Below, one piece after another: positions 9,719 to 22,300 of a stretch of 64,000 bases of DNA; the stretch's first letter is position 1, and each line of letters begins with the position of its first letter. Under the pieces are notes generated by a model. The model saw nothing but the letters and a program-made list of their open reading frames with translations. It was not told the DNA's origin and did not search any database. Position numbers and translations under genes: made by a program. The DNA comes from Flectonema sp. DT1601 (taxonomy: Eukaryota), in NCBI GenBank assembly GCA_964019425.1, contig OZ025805.1, positions 620,001 through 684,000 of the forward strand. Reading direction: 5' to 3'.

Positions 9719-11743
9719 TTATTTAACAAGTTCACCCTCACCGTATAATTTTTCTTTTAAATAATATTTATTAAAGTCCAATCGACTTAACATGTGGCGA
9801 AGAAATTTAACTTCGCTATCACCCTTTCCACTTGAGCTGGTTTGCATTTCTTTGAGTAATTCTCCAAAGCGATCTCTGAACATTATTTGAAATCTTTTTA
9901 CCGCTTCTCTTTCGTGTTTTTCACTCTTTTCCATGGTCTGTAACGATGATGCGAATAACCGAATTGTTAAGAAGACTCTCTCCATTCTTTTATACAATCC
10001 TTCAGAGGTAGCCATGGTTGCTGAAATGCACTCATCTAAGAAACTATCGTGAGCACTCATTAAATCGTCAACAGTCTTTGCACTTGATAAGCCTGCCTTT
10101 AACTTAGCTAAACCAGGATTGATGACGTCGAGTAAGAGATACATTTCTAAGTTACTTAAGAATTGAATCATTGATCCTCTCAGTGCACACAGTGATCTGA
10201 ATGATGTCGCGTGTTGTCCTGTTAGTTTAGCACCACGTCGTCTTCTAAAGCGGTGAAGGGCGTACAGTAAACCTTTTATTCTTAAGATTAACCTACCGAG
10301 TAAGTGATATTTAGGCATGGCGTTTTGATGAACGACTAAACTGAGAGGCCAAGGAAAATGAGTTGTAAGTTGAACTGCCTGAATTACTTCAAGATCGAGT
10401 CGCATCGTGTCCTCAGTTGTACTTGTTGCGAGATATCCTGGTTCTTGCATTCTTGCCATCTTTTTTACCATTCTTATGAGAGACTTACTAGCTGGTTCTA
10501 ACCGAAGCGACTCAATCCACTCTTTCGGATATTTCGATGCGACTGTACAACTCTCACACGAGTTCTTTATCGCTCTTTGTAATTCATCCCATCTCGCATC
10601 CCTCACAGTTCTATCTAAAGAACAATTTGGATGTAACCAACAGTGATCCATAAAAGTTGCTACCCAATCACCACTACCACATAATAAATAATGATGTAAG
10701 AATGATACTCTATCCTGAAGCCTATGATCAACTCTAAGTAAGCGGAGTACTTCTGTATTACCTTGACTAAACACTCTCTCAATACGACTCGAGTAATAGT
10801 TTGATTCAGTGCTGTATATAAAATTTTCACGAATCGGAAAATATGGTCTATCGGCTTCCTTAAGAATAAGAGCAAGTTTACCAGACTGTAATATCTTTGA
10901 AGCAGAGTCTTGTAAGAACATCGGTAACCCGCTGGGTGTTAATTCCCATTGCATAAAACTAGTTGATCCAGCAGGTCTGGTTAAAGGGAATTCCCACGGA
11001 GCTACGTTCTTACCTTCATATATCCAAGCATCGAGTATAGCAAAAAATGGTTTGCAGGTGTGATCAAGAATTGCTCTTGCAGTAACTTCTCCTGTTGGGT
11101 TTCCTATATTTGATACTCTGGCTTCTTCTAAAAGTTTGATGACAGTCGATCCACACTTTCCTTCATGTCGATCAACTAATTCTCTTACCATTCGAAAGAG
11201 AGGTAGGTAAGCTGATAAGTTTGTTAATATAACACTGAGAGGTGCTCCCTTTGAAGGGTTTTGTATGTCATCCCACAACACACAAATATATTCATGAAGC
11301 TCAAGACAAACACCAATTAACGACGCAACGAACGCCTGATTGATCAACCCATCATGGTATGTTAGTACTCTCTCCTTTGCAAACCTCCAAATAATTGCTC
11401 TGTGAGTAGCTAATGCTAATATAGGATCGATGTATTTTCCTTGAGTCTCGTCAACAAGTTCTGTAACACAAAATTCAATCGGCGGATAACTTCTTCCTTT
11501 CATATTAGAACATTGTTGCATTACTCTCGGAGAGATTAGCACACTAGGCGTTCCTCTAACAGCCATTAAGACAGCTTCTGCCAAGTGTTTCTCTTGTAAC
11601 TTCTCAGGCCATCTTAAAAAATCACTTTCTAAGTAGTCACGTGGAGGGTCCATTTGTTCTTCCCATAGGTATCTTCCATGTTCATATTTACGATGTGCTG
11701 CTCGTAAATGTTCCGGTACCTCTGGGTGTTCTACCCTATCCAT
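9719..11743 (-). CDS. GCP2: Gamma-tubulin complex component (Spc97/Spc98 family), GCP2-like (674 aa)
   Basis: PFFAILDAWIYEG, KILQSGK, YLLCGSGDWVATFMD, WPLSLVV...KYHLL, AHDSFLDEC and terminal RLDFNKYY, typical of the GRIP1/GRIP2 regions. Subfamily assignment is less certain than family. Confidence 0.85.
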   Translation of the reverse strand: MDRVEHPEVPEHLRAAHRKYEHGRYLWEEQMDPPRDYLESDFLRWPEKLQEKHLAEAVLMAVRGTPSVLISPRVMQQCSNMKGRSYPPIEFCVTELVDETQGKYIDPILALATHRAIIWRFAKERVLTYHDGLINQAFVASLIGVCLELHEYICVLWDDIQNPSKGAPLSVILTNLSAYLPLFRMVRELVDRHEGKCGSTVIKLLEEARVSNIGNPTGEVTARAILDHTCKPFFAILDAWIYEGKNVAPWEFPLTRPAGSTSFMQWELTPSGLPMFLQDSASKILQSGKLALILKEADRPYFPIRENFIYSTESNYYSSRIERVFSQGNTEVLRLLRVDHRLQDRVSFLHHYLLCGSGDWVATFMDHCWLHPNCSLDRTVRDARWDELQRAIKNSCESCTVASKYPKEWIESLRLEPASKSLIRMVKKMARMQEPGYLATSTTEDTMRLDLEVIQAVQLTTHFPWPLSLVVHQNAMPKYHLLGRLILRIKGLLYALHRFRRRRGAKLTGQHATSFRSLCALRGSMIQFLSNLEMYLLLDVINPGLAKLKAGLSSAKTVDDLMSAHDSFLDECISATMATSEGLYKRMERVFLTIRLFASSLQTMEKSEKHEREAVKRFQIMFRDRFGELLKEMQTSSSGKGDSEVKFLRHMLSRLDFNKYYLKEKLYGEGELVK

Positions 11744-12002
11744 GTTAACTTATAAAGGGAATGAAGTGTGAGGATACTAGTTGATCATAAGATATAATTG
11801 AACCTTTGATCTTGTTCGGTAATTCATGAGGGGTGAAGTATAATGGGGTTAAAGAATCACTTGCATAGGGCTTGGCGCTGCTAGTTGGAAATCAGAAAAC
11901 CCCCTTACGAATACACACAAAACGTTTTTTGCTTTTTCGCAGTCGCAGTGTTCCACCCCATTCATGTTAGCTTATTGAGGGAATGAAGTGTGAGGATAGT
12001 AG
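11726..12002. repeat. Diverged ~55-bp direct repeat (11726-11780 / 11948-12002) covering the GCP2 start codon
   Basis: 48/55 identical. Both copies contain the ATG and first codons (ATG GAT AGG GTA GAA CAC vs ATG AAT GGG GTG GAA CAC on the minus strand). Confidence 0.85.
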
Positions 12003-12128
12003 CTTAATCAAAAGGTTTAAAGAAATAAATCACATGAGACATCGTCAAAGATGTCTCCCTTCACATCATCAGGCCAACGAAGGAGAGGATAGAAAAGTCT
12101 CAAAAACAAACTTCAATAAATATCTAAA

Positions 12129-12767
12129 TTACTGTGTCGAGGTAACTGCGTATCCCAACCACCAAAGTGAGGTCATAAATAACAACTCAGATTCACTCTT
12201 ATCAGGTGCCAGCAGTAATAAACCTGATGCACAAAGAACACCAAATGAAGGGTATGTGAAATTTTTCTTAAGAAACAACGCAATAACTACAATATAATAC
12301 AACATTAAGCAACGAGGAACCTCGACGTGAGAAAGAGGTGGTGGTGAAGAAGCTTTAACATCAACAGCATCTCTTCCAATATAACTATAACCTCCCATTG
12401 CTATTGCGAGGAACCAGGTTGCAGAGAAAGCGGAGTCAAGTTCTTCAACTGTTGGAAACAAACCTCCTCGTTCAGCTATTGCTGAGATCACAACAAACAA
12501 GAATGAAGTAAGAAATGTCCTTACGACACATCGAAGACGCTCTGATTGAGATCTCTCTTCAGTAGTCATACTGTCCCAGTAACCAGCTTGAAGATGTTCA
12601 CCAGCAATAGCCATTGATATCGCCATGAACACAACATCAGCTGTTGAGAACCCCATCACTAACACCCACGTAATTCCTAGCAGTGCATGTCCTATCGCAT
12701 ACAGCAATGACTCCTTCCTTATCTTAATCTTGCTGGGTTTTGTGTTGATGTCCATCGTTTTCGTCAT
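12129..12767 (-). CDS. Hypothetical multi-pass membrane protein (~212 aa)
   Basis: ORF with several hydrophobic segments. Start taken at the first ATG (MTKT) after a U-rich CAG at 12790-12792. Confidence 0.7.
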   Translation of the reverse strand: MTKTMDINTKPSKIKIRKESLLYAIGHALLGITWVLVMGFSTADVVFMAISMAIAGEHLQAGYWDSMTTEERSQSERLRCVVRTFLTSFLFVVISAIAERGGLFPTVEELDSAFSATWFLAIAMGGYSYIGRDAVDVKASSPPPLSHVEVPRCLMLYYIVVIALFLKKNFTYPSFGVLCASGLLLLAPDKSESELLFMTSLWWLGYAVTSTQ

Positions 12768-13034
12768 TATTGTCTTCCAACCAAACAACCTGAAATGTAA
12801 AAAATAGCTTTCGGATTACACAATTACACAGAGGAATACCTCCTGTTTAATACATTGGTGGTGTTCTTCATTGCTGTTGCTGCTTGAGTAAAAATAAACT
12901 AAGAAGGAATCACACGCACACATTACATTATGAAGAATCGATCGACTGTAAAGTCGATTAGATCGTAAATAATAATTCCCAAAGTAGGGAGCAGATGAAC
13001 TGAATTATAGCATCCTTGATCAATGTTTGAATGC

Positions 13035-13958
13035 TTACTCAGTAAGGAGGTAGCCGATTTCCTTTTCTAACTCTTGCCGTTGATCCCGAAGCTCTTCTTG
13101 TTGTTGTTGCTGCAGACGAAGTCGTTCAGTTTGATACATGTTCTGTCTTTTAACAGCCTCAGCTTCAGATATTGCAGCTGCATGTTGCGGATCAGCAAAT
13201 ATTCTTGTGATGGTTTTCTTAAGCTCTGCTGATCCATCTATGTCGAGGAGGACCTTAACAGTGTTAACAGCAGCTCCGTGTTGAGCAACTTCTTTCTTTG
13301 TTCTTTTTAATTGCATTAATAAGCTTGAGTACTGGTTGCTTGATTTTGGATCACCAATCTTTGGTAATTCTGGAGCAGACGGAGACCTTTTTAACTGAGG
13401 TTCTCTCTCTTTGATGGTCTTCTTTTCCTTTTTTTCAATCTTTTTATCGACTGGTTCTGATACTTTATTATTTGACAATTCACAAGGAGGGTTGTCAGGA
13501 GGACTATTTAGATTCAACTGTTTCACTACTTCTAAAACAGGTGAAAACTTTAAAAGAGGATGAGTCCGACGTAAGTCTTCCAGATCAGATCTGGAATACG
13601 TGAAACCATCGATCTCAGCAGATGTTTGGGAACTCAACGACATAGAGGAAATGTCATTATCTTTTTTTCTTGTTGGTAAATCTTCATCAATAGTTGAGAT
13701 ACTTCTTAAGGAATGACACGCTCTCGATTGATTTCTGTTGTAGTCATCACTTGGAGAGTATTTTAAACTTTGATGTAATCCCTGAAAATAACTCATTTTT
13801 GCTTGAACTTGTTTTTCTAATGTGTAATATTGCCTGTCTGCTTCACACCATCCACCAACTTTGTTCATTATCGACTCTGCCTTTAACCGTTCTGCTACGG
13901 ATCGAACTCGATTTTCAGGTACTTGTCGAAGACGACGAGCAGCTTCAACGGCATCCAT
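13035..13958 (-). CDS. Hypothetical coiled-coil protein (307 aa)
   Basis: Intact ATG-started ORF, co-oriented with neighbours, charged helical C-terminus. No family recognised. Confidence 0.75.
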   Translation of the reverse strand: MDAVEAARRLRQVPENRVRSVAERLKAESIMNKVGGWCEADRQYYTLEKQVQAKMSYFQGLHQSLKYSPSDDYNRNQSRACHSLRSISTIDEDLPTRKKDNDISSMSLSSQTSAEIDGFTYSRSDLEDLRRTHPLLKFSPVLEVVKQLNLNSPPDNPPCELSNNKVSEPVDKKIEKKEKKTIKEREPQLKRSPSAPELPKIGDPKSSNQYSSLLMQLKRTKKEVAQHGAAVNTVKVLLDIDGSAELKKTITRIFADPQHAAAISEAEAVKRQNMYQTERLRLQQQQQEELRDQRQELEKEIGYLLTE

Positions 13959-14850
13959 AAAAACAAACTCTCACACACTACAACTTGATTAGTGAGGTTG
14001 GATGGTGACCTGTTGAATAAATTAAGTATAACAGGTTGGAATAAAATTAAATGTAAAAAAAATAATAATAATAAAAAAAGGAACAATGAAATAATACATT
14101 CAAGATAAAATAAGAGAAGAGGAAATCTAAATCTCAACCAAGAGACTAAACCAAATAAGCAGTACAAAGAAGGGGGACGTGCCATCAACGGTACTAGACC
14201 TGATCACTGTTCTCCGTGTTTTCCCCCTTAAATTGTAGAAAAAAAAAAGAAACCTGTTTTTTTTTTTTTTTTTTAAGAAGACGTTTGCTTTCCTTGTTTG
14301 TTTGTTTTTCTTATAATGACAATATACTGACTTTTTTTGAGTATGACACCACAAAAGAATCGGCTTTGCGGTGCACCCGCTACCAATTTTCTTTTTTTCT
14401 AACTCTGTTAAATGAAAAAAAAAAAAGAAAAAGAAAAAAAATGCTATTGACAAAGAGGGAGTGGAACGGGTTAAAAAACGCTTTTTTTTTTCTTTTTTTT
14501 TAAAGAAAAGTGGAAAGTTAATTTAAAAAAAAAAGGGAAAATCTATCAGGAAACAACAATATAATACTACGAAGTAGGGGAAAAAAATCTATTTAAAAAA
14601 AAAAAAAAAGAATCTAAACCTCTAATTAATTAATTCCAGTACCTGACTGGGTTTACTAACAACAAAAATAAGAGTCAACGCAGTGAATGATTATGCGTTG
14701 GGGAAGAGAGGGGGAAAAAATAATCTACGATTGAACACCTCATCACGAGAAACAGGAATTTAAAATAAATAATAATAATAAAAAACTGTTTACACGGAAT
14801 GCAAGATTATTGCTGAGGAGTATTATTGCTTAAGGGAGGGGGTTTTTTAA

Positions 14851-17502
14851 TCACATTAGTTCTTTTTCTTGCTTCGCAGAATGTTTGTTTACGTCGAGAT
14901 CCAATGCCTTTGTATAGTCGGAAATAGCTCTATCAAAGTCACCCAGTGAATCGTATGCACTCCCTCTATTGAAGAAAGCATTAGCGTTAGTCACATCTAG
15001 CTCAAGTACTTTTGTGAAATCTCCAATGGCGGCTGAGTAGTCTTCTTTTTTATCAAATGATATCCCTCTATTGTGATAAGAATGAATATTAGTTGGATCC
15101 AACTGAAGAACTTTATTATAATCAGCAATCGCCAAATCATACATTCCCATACGAGCATAACAATACCCTCTATTATTGTATGTCTTAACGTTGTTCGGGT
15201 TTAGTCTTACAGATGCCGTGTAGTCTCTGACGGCTAAGTCGTACAAGCCTAGTTTACGTTCAGCGAAACCTCTGTTGTTGTAGGCAGCCATTGAATTCGG
15301 ATTTAACTGAATTGCTTTTGTATAATCCTTGATACCAGCTTCATAATTACCGATATTCCTACATGAGAATCCCCTGTTGTGGTAGTAGACTGCGTTTGAT
15401 CCATCCATTCCAATTGCGACGGTGAAATCAGAAATCGCTTCGTCATAACGTTCCAAACGATCACGAACTAATCCTCTACTGTTATAAGTTGATGGATTAG
15501 ACCCGTCAAGTTTGATTGCTTGAGTGAAATCAGCTAAGGCTGCATCAAGTCTTGATAACTTCTCATTGCTAGTTCCTCTGTTGTGATATGAGTTTGGATT
15601 AGTTGAGTCAATATCAATCGCTTTTGTGTAGTCGACAACAGCCTTTTCAAACCTGTTTTGATTTTAATTTTTAATTTTTTTTTTTTTTTTTTTTTCCCCA
15701 AACCACATGTAAATCAAATACAACAATAAACATACTGATGCAACTTATCATAACTGAAAGCCCTATTGTAGTACGCTTTGAAATGATTCTCATCTAGTTC
15801 AATGGCTTTCGTGTAGTCGGTTATGGCTGCTTCGTAATTTCCCATTTTACGCTGAGAAAACCCACGATTGTGATAGAAATCTGGATTGTTTGGTTCCAAA
15901 TCAATCGCATTAGTGAACATAGCTACAGCTTGTTTGTATGAATCACTCTTCCTATCGTATGAGATTCCCAAGTTGTAGAATGTGTACGCATTCTGTGGTT
16001 CTATCTGAAGAGCTCGAGTGTAGTCAGATATAGCTTCATCATACTTACCTGTTGGGGGTGGTTAAGGTTTGTTTTTTTTTTGACTGGAGTTAAAATAATG
16101 AAAAAATTGGAATTCACACAAACCTAACTTATCAAAGCAGAAACCTCTATTAAAAAGTGCTTTAAAATGACCTGGATCAGCTTGAAGAGCATTCGTGTAC
16201 TCTCTAATAGCACCTTGTAGATTGCCACGTTTTCTGTATGAGAATCCAAGTTGATGATAGTACTCTGCTGAACCAGTTTCAGGAGGTGAGTCGGATTTTA
16301 TTGAAGCGCCAGCATCCTTTTGAAGAGAAGAAGATGATGAAGGCTGACGAGAGATTGGAAGAGGTGGTTTTCGTCCACGAGCAGCAGGTGATGATGGAAA
16401 AACTTGAGTGAATGAACCACCACTTGTAAGTGGTGTCCCAGCCTCAACAAACGAACCCGAAGCAACACTGCATCCAAGTGGTGTGTTTGGATCAAGATGT
16501 TGAAGAGGTGTTTCTGAATCTGGTGCAGATTGAAGTGATGTATTTAACTGAGCGGATATCAATGAGGGATCCGAGTTCTTTGTTGGAGTTGGATCAGGAC
16601 TGTGAAATGATCTACTATGTTGATTAACTCCTTGAGTAATAGCACCAGATATTACTGTTGAATTCAATACTGGATTCTCTCCTGAAGGAGGTGTCCAGGA
16701 TCGATCTCCACCTTGAACTTCTGATAGTGACGGTGACACAACTTGTTCTGAACGAAGTTCTATTCCGAGAGCTTCAGCAGCAGTTTTTCTGCAATTCTCA
16801 GCCAGTTCTTTTAATAAAGTTGGATCGTTTGTTCCACTGCTTTCCAACTCTACTTTTAAATTAGCCATCGCCTTCTTTGTCGCAATCATATCACGTTCTT
16901 TAACATATTCTGAAATATCTTCTGGAGTACACAATGGTCGGTCACGTTGTTTTTGAGTTTGTTGCTGTTCGTCGATGTGAAGAGCCATTTGATAGTCGAG
17001 GATCGCGGCGGCGAAATTTCCTTTTAGATTATGACAAGTTCCTCTGGAGTATCCTGCGTTTACGTGAGTTGGATTCCTTTCCAATAATGATGTGTAGTCG
17101 ACTATAGCTGCATCCAGATTACCTAATCGCTGCTGAAGTTGACCTCTTCCATACAGAGCTGTTGCGTGTTCTGGTTCTGTTTTTAAAATGCAAGACAAAT
17201 CACCAATAGCGTTTTGAAGATTTTCTTTCTTCCCTTCACACGATGCTCTAATCAGTAACGCGTCTTTCTCTCGTGGTTCGTGTTTCAGCATTCGATTGCA
17301 CTTTTTTACTAAAGTATCAATGTCTGTCTTCTTCTTAAAGTACCAGGTTCGGTTTGGATTTGCTTTTGCTTCATCGTCGATGTCGACGAAGCTTCGACGT
17401 TTAAAAAGTTTACCTCTGATATCACCTTGTAGCTCTACATTAGTAATTTCAGTTAGTGGAGGTTGTAAGAATGGTAACATATGTTGTGGGTTTACTGGTT
17501 GC

Positions 17503-17535
<33 letters not shown>

Positions 17536-17684
17536 ACCTGTTTCTTCTCTTCTACCTGAGGTATAACTGCTGGTTTCACAACTTGTTGCAACGGGGCTGG
17601 GGCAAACCTTCTTCCTGGAGTCCCATTCTGCAGTGATCCCCTCCTTGTGGGGACCGGTTGCCGCTTTTTTGTTCCGACGGGCAT
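14851..17684 (-). CDS. TPR-repeat protein (~891 aa, 3 exons)
   Basis: Exons 17684-16124, 16048-15736, 15652-14851; introns GTTTG..ACAG and GTATG..ACAG restore the frame. Many YxNRG...AIxDYxxAIxLDP 34-aa repeats. Confidence 0.92.
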
Positions 17685-19337
17685 TTACTACCCCCTCCTG
17701 TTGATGTAGAAGTAACTATGTTGATTTCAATAAGTGATGCAAATACGCAGACGATAAAAGTTTAAATAAGTTGTGAAGACGTAAATTGATATCGTCAAAA
17801 GAATAGCAAGCTCTCGGACAATATTAGCTGTCTGAAGGGGGGGCTGAAAAATATTTTTTAAGAAATACTGACGTGTGGGTTTTGAAACGTATTTGCACGG
17901 ATGCGAATAAAGAAACAAAACTAATACGAAAAAAAGAAAAGAGAAGTTCTAGGGTTGGGGGGGGGATTGTGCCAGTCTGCTGACACCCTCGTTGTAGCAG
18001 GTTCCTGCTGCTTTAAAATAGTATTTCACTCAATGATAAAAATAAATTACCAACAGGTCAAGGGCCGGTGGAGATCCACCGTGCTTCAACCCGCAACAAA
18101 ATATTAAATATATAAACTACTACATGCGAGATACATATAGAAAGGGGGGGAAAAACAAACAAAAATAAAAAAAACAATCGAACTTTTTTATTTACTTTGA
18201 TTGTTCAGGTTAACGTACAGGTGGTAAAGGACCAACCAAACTAATACTAAAATGAAATAGAATCCAAAAACGGTTGATCAACACATCTTCTTTCAACCGC
18301 GTACTACCAAGACTGTAATAAACAGATATAAAAAAAAAACTAAATCCTAAAAAAACAAAAACAAAAAAGTGTTCAAAAAAAAAAAAGTAAAGGTGGTGGT
18401 TTTTTTATTTTTCCAATTTCATATGGGAATCTAAATAAGTTCAGTACAAAAAAAAAAAGAAAAACACCTCAACATAAAAAAAACACAGTCAATCAGTAAA
18501 GAGTCTGAAGTGAAGAGGGTGATACGGCAGGTTAGTTCTCCCTTCTTTTTTTTTAATGAGCCTTAGCAATCGCATACAAACATTAAATTTATAATTAAAA
18601 GGTCTCAAAAAAAAAAAGTCAAAAGAAACGTTTTTTCCGCTGGAAGTCAGTAAAGCTTGAGAGCGCAAAAATAAGCCACTCGTTGCGAGTGGCTTTATTT
18701 TTTTTTTTATTTTATTTTTTTGTGAGTACCTCACCTCAGAGTAGACCCTCACCCAAACCACAAGAACGGAACCATTAAATACTGAACAAAAGGTTTTTAT
18801 CTGTACTTAGCACTCGACTGTGAACACTATATTATGAAGTACTTATAAATTGTATTAATCCGGCTCTGAGCCGTTGAGATGTAGAAGTGAAAGGGGAAAA
18901 CGGTGATCGCGTATCAAACAAACTACAACCATGAGGACAAACTATGTTCTTATTTTTTTTTTTTTTTTTTTTTTTTTTTTCGAACAGATATCACTCATCA
19001 GAACAGTTATGAAAAAAAGAAATAATGATAATAATAAAAGACAGAATACTATTTTCTTCCTTCATAGTTTTTTTTTTTTTTTTTTTTTTTTGTATGTTTA
19101 TCACTATATCATTAAGAAGAACCTCAAGTCAAGAAATTACAATGACACCGGTCTAACCTTTAAAAGAAGAAAAAAGGAAAGAAAGAAAAAAAAAAAAGAG
19201 TGTCTGTTGTGAACTACTAAAAAATCGTAAAAACTTTCTGAGGGAGAAAATTAATTCACACTCTGGATTTCTCAGCATTTGATTAAAAATTTTTTTTTTT
19301 TTATAATTTAGCTAAAAAGAATTATGCGAACATTTTA

Positions 19338-22300
19338 CTAAAAAGTTGCAAACTGTGAGATCGGTCCCCTGGCATCTTCAGGTTCATTATTATTATTTTG
19401 AAGGAATGAGAGAGTTCCCCTACCAGTACCACGTCTAGGAGTAGATCCATAAGATTCAATCGGCTGAATGAAATCCAACTCAGAACCACCAGATATCGAA
19501 CCGTTAACATCACCACCACGTCCAAGACCACGACGGTTGATATTCGAAATGCTGGCTTCACGAAGATGAATTGATCGAGGAGCAGCTGCTCTTCCCCTAG
19601 CAGCAAGAGGAGAAGACGCAATAGGTCTTGATGAATAGTCAGAAACGTTTGTAAACCCCCCAGTGTTCATCATAGCTTGCGTATGTGATTTATAAAGTTG
19701 ATTATATTCGTCAGGGTTAACTCTATTGTCTAGTAGCTCACTTCTAGCTGATGAGGTTCCTCCCCAGAATGCGTCTTCATTTCTGTTTACGGACATTGGT
19801 TTTCTCTCCATTGGTGGGTCAGAATAACTTTCATTTTGCTCGAACAGATCACGTCTTTCCTCTAATTCGACGTTATGAGTTTCTTCAGGAACAGCGTTTG
19901 GATCTATCTTCGCAAACTTCGCTCCCTCATACGTCCCCTTCTTGTGTAGGACAACAGATCTGAAAATCTCGAGAATGTAATGTACGATGCAGGCGACAAG
20001 GAATGTCAGCATCACTTGTTCTCCTTGACGAGCTTCGGAATAGTTTTTAGTTAAGAAAATGACTAACACAGAACCCGTCACAGTAAATATAAAACTGAAA
20101 ACAAACTCTCCAGCAACGTGAGATCCTTTCAGGACTGCTGGTTTTAGTTTGGTTCCCTTCGGGTGGAATAAGTCTTCTTCAGTCGCGAGATTTTGATGTT
20201 TCGATTTCAGAGGTTCAATGTCGTCATCCTCACTTTCCATTTTAATTGCAATTGGTTCCTTCGCTCTAGGGAATAAGTACAACAGGAGACCAACAGCTAC
20301 AATTTCTCCAACAATTCCAGCAACCATTCCCAAGGTGATCGCCCGCGCTCCATCAACTGTAGCTTCCCAAGAATAAATAGCCGGCGAATTACTATAAAAC
20401 GTTGTTGACATACCTAAAGCAACACCAAAGAAAGTAAATAAAACCACCACCCTACGAACTCTTGTATGATAGCCTAATGCGTAAGGTAATACTAACATTG
20501 GAGCACTCCACATGTGAAGTCTCAGACAGACATACAAGGCAGAAGTACTGCTCTCAACAGAAACAGGTGGACTTCCCTTTCCATAAGCACTCGTATCCCT
20601 GGTTGCTCCAATCACCAAGGCTAATATAATAAAGAATACAAACAGTCCCCAATAAACAGGTAGAGCTGTGCATGCGAAACAGATTCCCTTCCCATCGTTG
20701 TATGAACTGGCAGCTACGACGTTGGATTCAATATTTTCAGACGACTGTAGAATAGAAGTACCGATACTCAATCGACTACTTGGTAGTTGAAAGTATCCTG
20801 TATAAACAGGTTGTGGTCCAGTTACTGTTACAGATGTAGATCCACGTGATGACGCAGCTGTTGTCGACCGTATCCACAACGTTGATGCAGTGTTCCAAGA
20901 CAGAGCTGCACCAGCACCAAGCGATCGCAAAGCAGTTGGGATTGGAAGCTCAAAAGATGTATCAACGTTAACCTGCGTATCTGTTCTAACTTGATCATTA
21001 CTAACTCTTACACTAACAACAGGAAGATATGGTGTGAATTCTGGATTACCATCTCCTCTCAAAGGTAACTTATCAAACATTGCAATAGCTGATCGACATG
21101 ACTGAGAACGGACCACCGTAGAATTCGCCCTCACAATTGGTGAATTAATACGAGACGTTACCTGAGAAGTTCCTTGTGTATTACTAAGTGTGAATTGTGT
21201 ACTTGTTGATGTTGTTGCTTGTGAGTGAATTCCTGAAACATGAAATGTCATTCCATTAACTTGTTTTATGTAAGGATTCGAATCGATGAGAGTTGCATTT
21301 GGAAGAAGAGCGTTCTGTAAAGCAGCTGACAATAACTGATTACAGATCTTTTCAGAATGGGCATGAGCCACTCGTAGGAAATCAGTCATGAGGAGGGCAG
21401 CTGATCTACGAGTCACTAAACTAGTCTGCGACTGTCCTCTTGTCTTATCAGCTTCAACAACCCACGGGTCTGGTGCTACAGCAGAAGTAGTCGACGCTAA
21501 GATTGAACCTAAAGCCTCTACTAACACTCCAGATGTTTGCTCAAATTCACTGTCGCTAGTTTGATTACCACATGCTGTTGGAGTACAATTTAATTTCTTA
21601 TGACTATCACAGTCAATACTTCCATAAGGCATTAGTAACGATGTGTGACAGGCTGCACTCCAAACATCATAATTCTTTGTAGACAAAAGTTCTATTGTTG
21701 CGATGGCGTTCTGTGCTGCCGTCTGTTTTTTATTTTTTAATTTTTGTAATTAATGTGCCCGTTGTAATGAATGAGAAGGAAATAAATTAAAAAGAAAAAA
21801 AAGAAATTAACAACATACAGAAGACAATGCTGGTCCGCTTCCGTTTCCTATCAAATATGTTAAGGCCAGACCTCCGTTTGCGAGGTCACTGGCGCTGACG
21901 ATTACGGAACTGGAACTGATTCTACTAGCAACCTGTTTTTTTATTTATTTTTTATTTATTTTTTTTGCACCAACGAAGTAGGAGAAGAAACTATTCAGAT
22001 TAAGTACCCATGGCGGGTTGGGTTTGTCAACACACGAGGTGTGACACTCACCAGACTACTCCGCTTCTTACACCAGGTAGAGGGTTCAGAAGGGTACGAG
22101 AAAACCGAACTGACAAAACAATAATAATAATAACAATAACAATACCTGTGAAACACTATCAAGAAGTGAATCTCTGGACTCAGATGAATTCGCAGCGCTG
22201 GAAAGTTGAGAAGCAGCGAAGGCAGCAGAAGCAAATGCGGTACTCGCATCCAACATTGGACTGGAGGACAACGCGTCAACTATTGACACAGCCTCATCAA

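Noticed and set aside
18673..18720. Hairpin plus T-run resembling a bacterial intrinsic terminator
   Set aside because: Eukaryotic intron-containing context, and T/A runs are ubiquitous here.
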